The notes beneath the pieces were generated by a model. It was not told the DNA's origin, searched no databases, and saw only the letters and a program-made list of their open reading frames with translations. Position numbers and translations under genes: made by a program. Source: Candidatus Omnitrophota bacterium (lineage in GTDB: Bacteria > Omnitrophota > Gorgyraeia > JAHJTE01). From it: DNA of 64,000 bases. Each line of letters starts with the position of its first letter. Positions within the stretch are counted from its first letter, which is position 1. Positions 53,954 to 62,335 of the stretch are shown piece by piece. The stretch spans positions 135,674 to 199,673 of the forward strand of contig JAHJTE010000003.1 of the NCBI GenBank assembly GCA_018830005.1, written 5' to 3'.

Positions 53954-55606
53954 ATGAAAGACAAAAAGTGCGCCCTATATATTCGAGTTTCTACCCCCCG
54001 CCAGGCAAGCGTTGAAGACGGCAGCCTCGACGCCCAGGAATCCAAGCTAAAAGCCTACGTCAACTACGAAAACACATCCAAACAAGACAAGTGGAAAATA
54101 AGCGGAACCTACCGAGAAGAAGGACGCAGTGCCAAAGACCTCAAGCGCCCACAATTCCAGCGCATGATGCAAGACATCAACGACGGCAAAATAAACACCA
54201 TAGTCGTCTGGAAAATCGACAGGCTCACCCGCAGCCTCAAAGACTTCTCCAACCTATGGGAAACATTCAAAGACCAAGGCATACAACTCATCAGCCTAAA
54301 CGAAAAATTCGACACAAGCACAGCAATCGGCAGAGCAATGCTCACCATCATCCTCGTCTTCGCTCAACTCGAACGCGAGCAAACCGGAGAAAGAACCTCA
54401 GCCACAATGCAATACCGCGCAGAACAAGGACTCTGGAACGGAGGCAGAATACTCGGCTACGACCTTGATAAAGAAAAAAAGGGCGTGCTCAAAATCAACA
54501 AAGAACAATCCAAACTGATAAACAAAGCTTTCGAGCTATGCATGCAAAAAGGCAGCGCAGGCCAAACCCAACAAATACTTAACGAACTCGGCCACAGAAT
54601 GCCAACATACGAATCACGCAGAGGCAAAAAACACGGCAATACCCTCTTCACAAAACAAGCAGTAATAAGACTTCTGACAAACTCCGCCTATATTGGAAAA
54701 ATCAGTTGGGCCGGCAAACTATACAAAGGAATACAGAAGCCCATCATAGATGCAAAAACATTCGATAAAGTCCAGACAATACTAGGAAAGAACCGTAAAA
54801 CAAGAACCAATGAAAGAGCACCCAAGCAACACGTCTACATCCTCCAGGGCATTCTCAAGTGCGGCAAGTGCGGCTCAATGCTCACTCCAAAAAGCGGCAA
54901 GAACGGCTCCGGACAGCCATACCATTATTATCAATGCACCCAGAACAGCCACATAGGAAAACAAGCGTGCAAAGCCAAATATGTTCCTGCTAAAAGCATT
55001 GAAGACTTTGTTCTCGAAAGAGTCCGCGAGCTGTCAACCAAGCAAGAAGAAATTGACGCAATGATAGAAAGGGCTAGCAAGGCAGGAAACAAACAGATAA
55101 CCCAGCTTGAGGAGAATAAAAAAAGGCTTCTGGCAAAACTTCAAGAAGTCAAAGGCAGGCTCGGAAAGATAGTGGACGCCATAGAGGCCGGACAGGCATT
55201 CAGAACATTCTCTGAACGCGTCAAAACTCTTGAAGAAGAACGCGAAAGCCTAGAAAAAAAGATAGAAGAAACTTCTTTCGAAATAGAAAAAGCCAGTCAG
55301 GAAATACTGAGCGCAGAAACAATGAAGCAAAACTTCCAACAGCTCAGGGACGTAATAGATAAAGCTAATCCTCAGCAACTGAAAGACCTGCTCTACAACA
55401 TCATAGAAGTCATCGAATACCACGAATCAACAGACGACAAATCAACAGGACACCTCAAAATAAGCTACTTCGAACAACCCAACCTCACCATACCCGACCC
55501 CAAAAATACAAAGAGCGAACAACACCCAAATGGGGCATTGTTCGCTCAGAGTATCAAATGGCTCCCCCGCGAGGACTCGAACCTCGGACATGGTGGTTAC
55601 AAGTGA
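53954..55606 (+). CDS. large serine recombinase (integrase), integrated-state form
   Basis: YIRVST catalytic Ser, DRLTRS, recombinase domain (NSAYIG), Zn ribbon CGKCG...YYQC...C, coiled coil; last 12 codons read through the tRNA antisense. Confidence 0.95.
   Translation: MKDKKCALYIRVSTPRQASVEDGSLDAQESKLKAYVNYENTSKQDKWKISGTYREEGRSAKDLKRPQFQRMMQDINDGKINTIVVWKIDRLTRSLKDFSNLWETFKDQGIQLISLNEKFDTSTAIGRAMLTIILVFAQLEREQTGERTSATMQYRAEQGLWNGGRILGYDLDKEKKGVLKINKEQSKLINKAFELCMQKGSAGQTQQILNELGHRMPTYESRRGKKHGNTLFTKQAVIRLLTNSAYIGKISWAGKLYKGIQKPIIDAKTFDKVQTILGKNRKTRTNERAPKQHVYILQGILKCGKCGSMLTPKSGKNGSGQPYHYYQCTQNSHIGKQACKAKYVPAKSIEDFVLERVRELSTKQEEIDAMIERASKAGNKQITQLEENKKRLLAKLQEVKGRLGKIVDAIEAGQAFRTFSERVKTLEEERESLEKKIEETSFEIEKASQEILSAETMKQNFQQLRDVIDKANPQQLKDLLYNIIEVIEYHESTDDKSTGHLKISYFEQPNLTIPDPKNTKSEQHPNGALFAQSIKWLPREDSNLGHGGYK
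55502..55547 (-). terminator. element-supplied terminator for the tRNA (inside the LSR gene)
   Basis: GAGCGAACAA-loop-TTGTTCGCTC hairpin preceded by an A-rich run. Confidence 0.55.
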
Positions 55607-55886
55607 CCCGAAATTACTTTCGGACTTGGACTATATCATTGCCCTCGACTTTACGTTAGGGCAGCGGGTATATAGTCTCTGCACATTTAGGCTCGGCTCT
55701 TTAGCCTCGCACACTTAGCTCAGGATTATCCTTGGTTTTGAGGACTTCCCTGAATTAGCCCGCTTTGTCAACTGCGGTTTCCCGCAGAAGCTGCGCTTTC
55801 TAAATCCCTTGGCTTTACCTCAGGATGTTCATCCGGCTTTGACGGACTCGCACAGCCACCCGCTCTACCAACTGAGCTACAGGGGA
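55559..55886 (-). tRNA. tRNA-Asn(GUU), interrupted by a group I intron (exon 1 55886-55852, exon 2 55599-55559)
   Basis: Spliced 76-nt sequence TCCCCTGTAGCTCAGTTGGTAGAGCGGGTGGCTGT|TAACCACCATGTCCGAGGTTCGAGTCCTCGCGGGGGAGCCA; GGTGG/CCACC anticodon stem, TTCGA loop, CCA end. Confidence 0.95.
55600..55851 (-). ncRNA. group I intron (252 nt, no homing endonuclease)
   Basis: Exon ends in U, intron ends in G; IGS GCGCAGC pairs GCUGU|GC with a U.G wobble; P/Q/R/S-like elements AATTCAGGGAA, AATCCTGAGC, GCAGAGACTATA, GATATAGTCC. Confidence 0.92.
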
Positions 55887-55977
55887 ATTTTATTCATCAT
55901 TCATATTTAGTATTTCGCTTTAAAAGAACGTTCTACTATTTTATCTGAATGCCCTATTTAGTCAAGAAGAAACCTTC

Positions 55978-56568
55978 TTAGTAGCCGCGGGAGATAATAT
56001 ACAGACGTTCTAAGATAAAACGTATATTATCAAGTGTTATATCCTCTCTTATCCTGTAATTAGGCTTGCTGATGGAAAATTCTTTCTTTGCCCTTAACTG
56101 AGTAAAGCCCCTTGAAAATATATCCCTTATTGCCTGCTTTACTTCTAGTCTGCTCAAGATACTTAAAACCGTGCCTTTATTTTTAGATATGCATAAAAAC
56201 TCTTTATCAAAATCCGGATCACGAGTCTTTATAGCCTGAACCATGCCAAACTTCTTACCAAAACGCATCAGGGATGATTCTTTGCGAATAATAAGATTAA
56301 AGGATGGCCTTTTGTAAAAATAAACATACAAATATGGGGGGCTATGACGACTTGCAGGAATAAGCCAAAGCTTAAAATTTACGCCATTAAATTTCCCTTT
56401 TAAGGTAACCACGGGAAAAATCGAAATTTTACCCGAAAACTCCTTAGCTAAAGACTGTAATATCTTCGACTTCTTCTTACCGGAAGCAAACGCAACGACA
56501 ATCAAAACTACCGCTATGAGCAAAAATGGTAAGAATTCAAAAATAAGATGCATTATTTTCTCATCCAT
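55978..56568 (-). CDS. membrane-anchored hypothetical protein
   Basis: N-terminal TM; TRDPDFDKEF motif. Confidence 0.65.
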   Translation of the reverse strand: MDEKIMHLIFEFLPFLLIAVVLIVVAFASGKKKSKILQSLAKEFSGKISIFPVVTLKGKFNGVNFKLWLIPASRHSPPYLYVYFYKRPSFNLIIRKESSLMRFGKKFGMVQAIKTRDPDFDKEFLCISKNKGTVLSILSRLEVKQAIRDIFSRGFTQLRAKKEFSISKPNYRIREDITLDNIRFILERLYIISRGY

Positions 56569-56668
56569 AATGCAATATTATAGGCCTAAAGAATAGAACA
56601 TTCAATTCAAAAAAGCCTATTTATTCTATTTGCCTCAACTATCAGCTAGCAGTATAATACATATTACT

Positions 56669-58144
56669 ATGCGCAAAGTCCTATTCTTAACTACTTTCCT
56701 TGTAATTGCGATTGCCTTGCCACATGCATCCCTTGCGCTGGATATCAAAAATGCTGATTTATCTGGAAGCTGGTATCCGGCTAACAAGCTCATCCTCTCC
56801 CATCAGATTGAAAATTATCTGAAAAAAGCTGAAATTGCTCCGGTTAAGGGAGAGGTAATTGCCATAATCTCTCCCCATGCAGGCATTAAATATTCAGGCC
56901 AGGTGTCAGCTTATGGCTTTAAAGCAGTCAAAGATAAACAGATTAATACTGTTATAGTCGTGGGCTTTAATCATGCCATTGACTATGATGGCATTGCTGT
57001 ATTTGACAAAGATGGAATAAAAACCCCTTTGGGCGTTCTCCATATTGAAAAAGATTTAAGTACTAAACTTATAAATAGCCATAAGAAAATATTTAGTAAA
57101 ATCGATGCATTTCAAAATGAAAATTCTATTGAACTTATATTGCCCTTTATCCAGACTGCCCTGGGGAATCCAAAGGTTGTACTTATTGCTATTGGCAGAC
57201 AAGATCTCAAAAATTGCGAAATTCTAGGCGCGAGCCTTTATCAGGTGTTAAAAGATCGACAAAACTTCCTCATCATAGCAAGCACTGATATGAGCCATTA
57301 TCTTTCATACAACCAAGCAAATGAGACTGATGCAAAGACTATAGATTTAATAAAAAAAATGGAGCCGGAAGAATTATTTTTATCCAGCCACGGGAAAAAC
57401 CGTATGTGCGGAACAGCTAGCGTGGTCTCTACGATGATTGCTGCTAAAAAATTAGGTGCCAATACAGTGCAAATTCTAAAGCAGGCTAACTCAGGAGATG
57501 TCCTCTGGGATAAAAATCGTGTGGTTGGATATCTAAGTGCAGCATTTATAAAAGAGGATAAGAAAAAAATAGCGGAGAATGAAAAAATGGAAGAAAAAGA
57601 ACTCTTAAGCCAAGATCAGAAAAATAAACTCTTAAAACTTGCACGTGATACGATTAGGCATTTCCTTACTACTGGTAAGACCTTGGAAGTTAAAGAAGAT
57701 GATCCTATTCTGAAGCAAACTATGGGCGCTTTTGTCACTTTGCATAAAAAAGGACAACTACGGGGTTGCATTGGAAACATTATCGGGACAAAAGCGTTGT
57801 ATTTAACGGTCAGGGATATGGCGATCGCATCTGCAACTGAGGATCCGCGTTTTAGTTCAGTCACAAAAGATGAGTTGCCCGATATCGACATCGAGATCTC
57901 TGCCTTATCGCCATTAAAAAAGATTACTAATCATGATGAAATAATTCTAGGAAAACACGGTGTGCTTGTTAAGGATTTCTTTAGAAGTGGTGTATATCTG
58001 CCGCAGGTAGCAACCGAAACCGGCTGGACTAAAGAACAATTTATGAGTTCACTCTGCGCTAGTAAAGCAGGAATAGCGCCTGATGCCTGGAAAACTGGTA
58101 AATGCGAAATCTATATCTTCTCTGCAGAGGTATTTAGAGAGTAG
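56669..58144 (+). CDS. amrB: AmmeMemoRadiSam protein B (Memo) - protein A (AMMECR1) fusion
   Basis: SGSWYP, SPHAG..YSG, ENSIE, STDMSHY, MCG; then GAFVTL...LRGCIG, DPRF, YLPQVA. Confidence 0.9.
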   Translation: MRKVLFLTTFLVIAIALPHASLALDIKNADLSGSWYPANKLILSHQIENYLKKAEIAPVKGEVIAIISPHAGIKYSGQVSAYGFKAVKDKQINTVIVVGFNHAIDYDGIAVFDKDGIKTPLGVLHIEKDLSTKLINSHKKIFSKIDAFQNENSIELILPFIQTALGNPKVVLIAIGRQDLKNCEILGASLYQVLKDRQNFLIIASTDMSHYLSYNQANETDAKTIDLIKKMEPEELFLSSHGKNRMCGTASVVSTMIAAKKLGANTVQILKQANSGDVLWDKNRVVGYLSAAFIKEDKKKIAENEKMEEKELLSQDQKNKLLKLARDTIRHFLTTGKTLEVKEDDPILKQTMGAFVTLHKKGQLRGCIGNIIGTKALYLTVRDMAIASATEDPRFSSVTKDELPDIDIEISALSPLKKITNHDEIILGKHGVLVKDFFRSGVYLPQVATETGWTKEQFMSSLCASKAGIAPDAWKTGKCEIYIFSAEVFRE

Positions 58145-60456
58145 CCTTTCAGCAATATTAATCCTGCCAAGTTTAATCCCGCAACTAAAAGACATGTCAG
58201 GGGTATCCCAAGCATAGGAATTAAAAATATAGAGGTTAGAATTGCACCTAGACATGAACCAAAAAGATCTATACCATAGGTAAGGCCAGCTGAACGAGAA
58301 ACTCCCAGAGCGTTAGCCTCAAGATTTAAGCTATTGGCTAAAGGAAACTGGAATCCGCCAATAAAACCAGGGATTAGAGGCAATAGCGGAAATATAATAT
58401 TTGAGCCCAGCCAAAAACTAAATCTACCTTTTAGATTTAAAAATAGCCAAAATAGAAGCGGCAGCATTAAAGGATAGATAAATATTGCTATCTGCGTCTT
58501 GGAAAACAATTTATAATTCTCTGTTTTGATTTTGAATGAAATTTCATAATCTTGTTTTTCCAATCTCTTCGTAATACACCAGCTGCCAAAGATTAAACCT
58601 ATCATATAAGAAGTTAAGATAATCCCCAATTTATAATAGACGTATCCGTAGAGAACCTGGAATGAAAGCAAGGTTATAATCTGAAATGTTATTTCCGCAA
58701 AGCCCGTAGTTCCCATACAAGTCAGAACCCCCCAATTAGCAAACCTCCTGCCTTTAATCCTAAACCATATAGGCCAGAGCAGAAGAACATAAATAAATGC
58801 TGTTGCAATATAAATCTTTTTAGGGCTTATAAATTTGAATAGCTTTTTTAAATTATATTTAAAATATGTGTTCCAGAGGACTAAATTATAGTAATAAGCA
58901 ATGGGCTTAAAATCTGTATTGATAGCCCCTGCCTTTGACTGAGCCAACATTTTCTTAAAAGAATCTATCCTTTCTTGGGAGAATTCGCTAAAGAGATAGT
59001 ACTCCCTCACATACCTTGCTTGAATGCTTCTCTTCTTAAGCCTCTCTATCAGGACCTGCCAGTCTAAAGTAAGTATTCCCTTCTTATTTGAAGCAAAAAA
59101 GAAATTTGTCTCACCCGGAGTTATCTCTACTTGAGAAAAAACACTCTCTAAGGTCCTTTCTAATGTAAGGTAAAGTTGCTTCTGCTCTGTGCTGATATAA
59201 TTAGGGTTGGATTGCATCGAAAAACATAAGATTCCATCGGACTTTAGAACATTTTCTGCCTCAGCATAAAATTCTTTAGTATAGAATCTATTAAGCTGGG
59301 CAGTATTGGGAGACGGAAGATTTATAATCACCACATCGTAACTCTCCTTTGACCTCTTGATAAATAACCTTGCATCCATATTCGTTATAATCCTAACCCT
59401 GGGATCATCTAATGCCTCATTCGGCGGAAGAAATTCTCTTGCCAAGCTAATTAGCAAAGGATCTAGCTCAACATAATCTACTCTTTCTACCGGATGTTTT
59501 AATACCTCCTGCAATTGCCCGCTTGAACCACCTCCTATCAGCAAAACCTTTTTAGGATCAGGATGTTGAAGAAGCGGAAGATGAGCCTTGCTTTCACTGC
59601 TAAAGTCATCTGGCACAGTAAAGCTATATAATCCATTGCTAAAAACACTAAAAAGTTCTTTCCTCCTGGTAATGGCGATATTTCCATATACTGAATTTTG
59701 CGATGTCAGAAGTTTGTAATCCCTCCATTGCAGACTTAAGGAGTGCTGACGTAGTAAATATAGCTGGCCTGAGGAAATAAGGAAAATGAATACAATAATA
59801 AGCGCTGCGCAAAAAATAGCCAAAGTCCTCCTCTTGCGCAACAGCAAAAAGGCAGAGAATAAATTCAATATACTAAGTAAAAACATAATGTAGATAGGTG
59901 AAAGCAAGCGGATTAACAAAAGACTGGTTATCAACCCTCCCACAGAAGCTCCTATGGCTTCTAAAATATATACGTAACCAATCTGGCTTGCCCCTCCTCT
60001 AGCAGGACCTGCCTTGATTCCATTAGAATCATCAAGCTCTACGTGAGTCTTATAGGTTTGGCAACCTAAAACAAAAAGAAATCCTCCCAATAGACAAATG
60101 GGTGCTAATAAAATAAAAGTAGCCAAACTCATAGGAAGAACCCCAATAATCTCACCTGGTAAGTAATGTAGCCATAAAGGAACGAGCCTGACTGCTAAAA
60201 CACTTAGAGGCAAGATAAATGCTAATATTATTTCACCCAGGCTTAAAATAACTAACCTTTGACTAATCCGCTCAACCATCCACCTGCCTAGCCCCCAGCT
60301 TCCTAGCGCCATCCAGAATAACCAGCTAGCCAATGTAATACCCAGGGAAAGTTCGTTTCCGTAGAAGACTACCAGAAACTCACGCATCAAGATGATTTGC
60401 CCGGCCATGGCGCTAAAGCCGATTAATATCAAGGCAAAGCTAAGCTGTTTCTTCAT
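58111..60456 (-). CDS. fused MFS-like/spermidine synthase family membrane protein
   Basis: TM blocks flanking VLLIGGG, VELDP, DAR.F, NRFYTKEFY, NTDFKP. Confidence 0.85.
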   Translation of the reverse strand: MKKQLSFALILIGFSAMAGQIILMREFLVVFYGNELSLGITLASWLFWMALGSWGLGRWMVERISQRLVILSLGEIILAFILPLSVLAVRLVPLWLHYLPGEIIGVLPMSLATFILLAPICLLGGFLFVLGCQTYKTHVELDDSNGIKAGPARGGASQIGYVYILEAIGASVGGLITSLLLIRLLSPIYIMFLLSILNLFSAFLLLRKRRTLAIFCAALIIVFIFLISSGQLYLLRQHSLSLQWRDYKLLTSQNSVYGNIAITRRKELFSVFSNGLYSFTVPDDFSSESKAHLPLLQHPDPKKVLLIGGGSSGQLQEVLKHPVERVDYVELDPLLISLAREFLPPNEALDDPRVRIITNMDARLFIKRSKESYDVVIINLPSPNTAQLNRFYTKEFYAEAENVLKSDGILCFSMQSNPNYISTEQKQLYLTLERTLESVFSQVEITPGETNFFFASNKKGILTLDWQVLIERLKKRSIQARYVREYYLFSEFSQERIDSFKKMLAQSKAGAINTDFKPIAYYYNLVLWNTYFKYNLKKLFKFISPKKIYIATAFIYVLLLWPIWFRIKGRRFANWGVLTCMGTTGFAEITFQIITLLSFQVLYGYVYYKLGIILTSYMIGLIFGSWCITKRLEKQDYEISFKIKTENYKLFSKTQIAIFIYPLMLPLLFWLFLNLKGRFSFWLGSNIIFPLLPLIPGFIGGFQFPLANSLNLEANALGVSRSAGLTYGIDLFGSCLGAILTSIFLIPMLGIPLTCLLVAGLNLAGLILLKGYSLNTSAEKI

Positions 60457-60472
60457 TTATTTAATCCTTATT

Positions 60473-61636
60473 TTACCAAACCCCTGATATGTCTGTTTGA
60501 CAGAATTTGCACTTTCCATTTACAATATTATTCTCTAATATCTTGTAGCCAAGTCTGCGAATCAATAGCTTGCCGTCAGTTGGGCAATATGTGTTTTCAG
60601 CCTCATGTCCAGGTACATTGCCGATATAAACAAACAAAAGCCCTTCTTCCATCGCTACTCTTCTTGCCTCCTCCAGAGTCTTTAGGGGAGTAGGGGAAAT
60701 ATTCTTCAATTTATAAGTAGGATAGAATCTGGAAAAGTGGACAGGGACATCTTTACCTACTTCACTCTTCAACCACTTGCACATCTTTCTTATCGTTGCC
60801 ATATCATCGTTAAGAGAAGGAATTATTAAGTTAGTAATCTCTACATGAACTCTATTCTTTTTAAGAATCTTTATAGTATTTAATACTGTATCCAGATCCC
60901 CTTCTGGAATTTTGCTGTAGAATTCCTGTGTAAAACCTTTCAGGTCAATATTAGCTCCGTCCAGATAAGCTGCGAGTTTCTCTGCCGGCTTGGGGTTAAG
61001 AGATCCGTTGGAGTGATAGATGTTTCTCAGGCCGTGGCTACGTGCAATCTCCGCTGTATCTAACATATATTCGTAGAATATAGATGGCTCACTATAAGTA
61101 TAAGCTATGGTAGGACATCTGTATTTCATGCTGGCTTCAACTGCAGCCTTAGGCGGTAGATATTGATTTGAGGTTTCCTCAGGAGGAAATTGTGAGATCT
61201 GCCAGTTCTGGCAATATTTACATCGGAAATTGCAACCTGCTGTGGCAATAGAGAATGCCAAGGTTGCGGGCAAAAAATGAAACAATGGTTTTTTCTCAAT
61301 GGGATCAACATGTACTGCAGTAGGATTCCCATATACGAGGGTATAGTGTTTACCATCGTGTGGTTCTCTTACCTTACAAAAACCCCTCATTCCATTTTTG
61401 AGCACACAATTCCTCGGACAGAGATGACATTGAATTGTTGTCTCATCTAACTTCTCATAAAACATTGCCTCTTTTGAATTGAGAAAGCCCATGCCTCCTT
61501 TTCCTTCTTCGGCCTGGCTAGATCTGTTCAATAAATCCAGAACTAACGGAGAAACCACAAGACCTGCTCCTGTTAGAAGACAGGCCTTACAAAAATCTCT
61601 ACGGGAAATCACTTTCTCAAATAAAGTTCTATTCAT
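60473..61636 (-). CDS. amrS: AmmeMemoRadiSam system radical SAM enzyme
   Basis: CHLCPRNC, DPIEKKPLFHF, GCNFRCKYCQNWQISQ, YTYSEP; N-terminal SRRDF. Confidence 0.92.
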   Translation of the reverse strand: MNRTLFEKVISRRDFCKACLLTGAGLVVSPLVLDLLNRSSQAEEGKGGMGFLNSKEAMFYEKLDETTIQCHLCPRNCVLKNGMRGFCKVREPHDGKHYTLVYGNPTAVHVDPIEKKPLFHFLPATLAFSIATAGCNFRCKYCQNWQISQFPPEETSNQYLPPKAAVEASMKYRCPTIAYTYSEPSIFYEYMLDTAEIARSHGLRNIYHSNGSLNPKPAEKLAAYLDGANIDLKGFTQEFYSKIPEGDLDTVLNTIKILKKNRVHVEITNLIIPSLNDDMATIRKMCKWLKSEVGKDVPVHFSRFYPTYKLKNISPTPLKTLEEARRVAMEEGLLFVYIGNVPGHEAENTYCPTDGKLLIRRLGYKILENNIVNGKCKFCQTDISGVW

Positions 61637-61717
61637 GATAGTAAAATCATCCTATCATACTATTCTAATGGGCTTGATTCGAAGTGCTTATAACAATCAG
61701 ATAAGATTTTACTTAAA

Positions 61718-62332
61718 TTAGGCTCTTTCGCTACAAATCTCTTTTCTGTGTTCTAAGGCTTGGCTTATTGTGTGGGAATCTGCGTATTCGATATTACCTC
61801 CCATAGGAATGCCTAAGCCTATACGAGTAATCTTTACGCCGGTGGGTTTAAGAAATTTGGTTAGGTATAAAGCGGTGGTTTCACCCTCTGTATCAGCATC
61901 AGTAGCTATAATCAATTCATTTATCCCCTCTTGCTTTATGCGCTGCAAGAGATCATCAATCTTTAAATCCTCTGGCCCCTTACCTTCAAGAGGAGCAATC
62001 GAACCTAACAATACATGATATCTGCCTTTAAAAGTACCTGCGTTCTCAATAACAGCTACATCATTGGGACCTTCAACAATACAAAGACCGGTTTTGATCC
62101 GAGCCGGGTCCTGACAAATAGAACAGATTTCTTTATCGCTTAAGTTATTACATACCTTGCAGAAACAAATAGATTCCTTTGCCCTTATAATTGCCGAAAC
62201 CAATCTTTTAACTTCGGGACGCACAGAATGCAGTATGTAAAAAGCAATGCGTTGCGCGCTCCTTCTGCCTATCCCAGGCATCTTTACTAATTCCTTGATA
62301 AGATTTTCTAAGGTAGGAGGAAAATTTGCCAT
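61718..62332 (-). CDS. recR: recombination mediator RecR
   Basis: PGIGRRSAQRIAF, C4 zinc finger, YHVLLG, EGETTALY, GIPMGGNIEYAD. Confidence 0.97.
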   Translation of the reverse strand: MANFPPTLENLIKELVKMPGIGRRSAQRIAFYILHSVRPEVKRLVSAIIRAKESICFCKVCNNLSDKEICSICQDPARIKTGLCIVEGPNDVAVIENAGTFKGRYHVLLGSIAPLEGKGPEDLKIDDLLQRIKQEGINELIIATDADTEGETTALYLTKFLKPTGVKITRIGLGIPMGGNIEYADSHTISQALEHRKEICSERA

Positions 62333-62335
62333 TAT

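Larger units (their letters stand above)
12583..55567. mobile_element. ~43-kb integrative element inserted in the tRNA-Asn 3' end by a large serine recombinase
   Basis: 9-bp direct repeat TGGCTCCCC at 12583-12591 and 55559-55567; rejoined ends give symmetric arms ATTGTTCGCT/AGCGAACAAT; LSR gene at the tRNA-proximal end. Confidence 0.85.

Noticed and set aside
50324-54651. Many overlapping alternative-frame and antisense ORFs (also within the ars operon and MMPL)
   Set aside because: Explained by the low stop-codon frequency of skewed DNA; they overlap well-supported genes and have no motifs.
12583-55567. Prophage
   Set aside because: No recognisable terminase, portal, capsid, tail or lysis genes.
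55530-55718. 62-aa ORF over the tRNA/intron (possible homing endonuclease)
   Set aside because: It is antisense to the structured RNA, too short, and has no LAGLIDADG/HNH/GIY-YIG motif.
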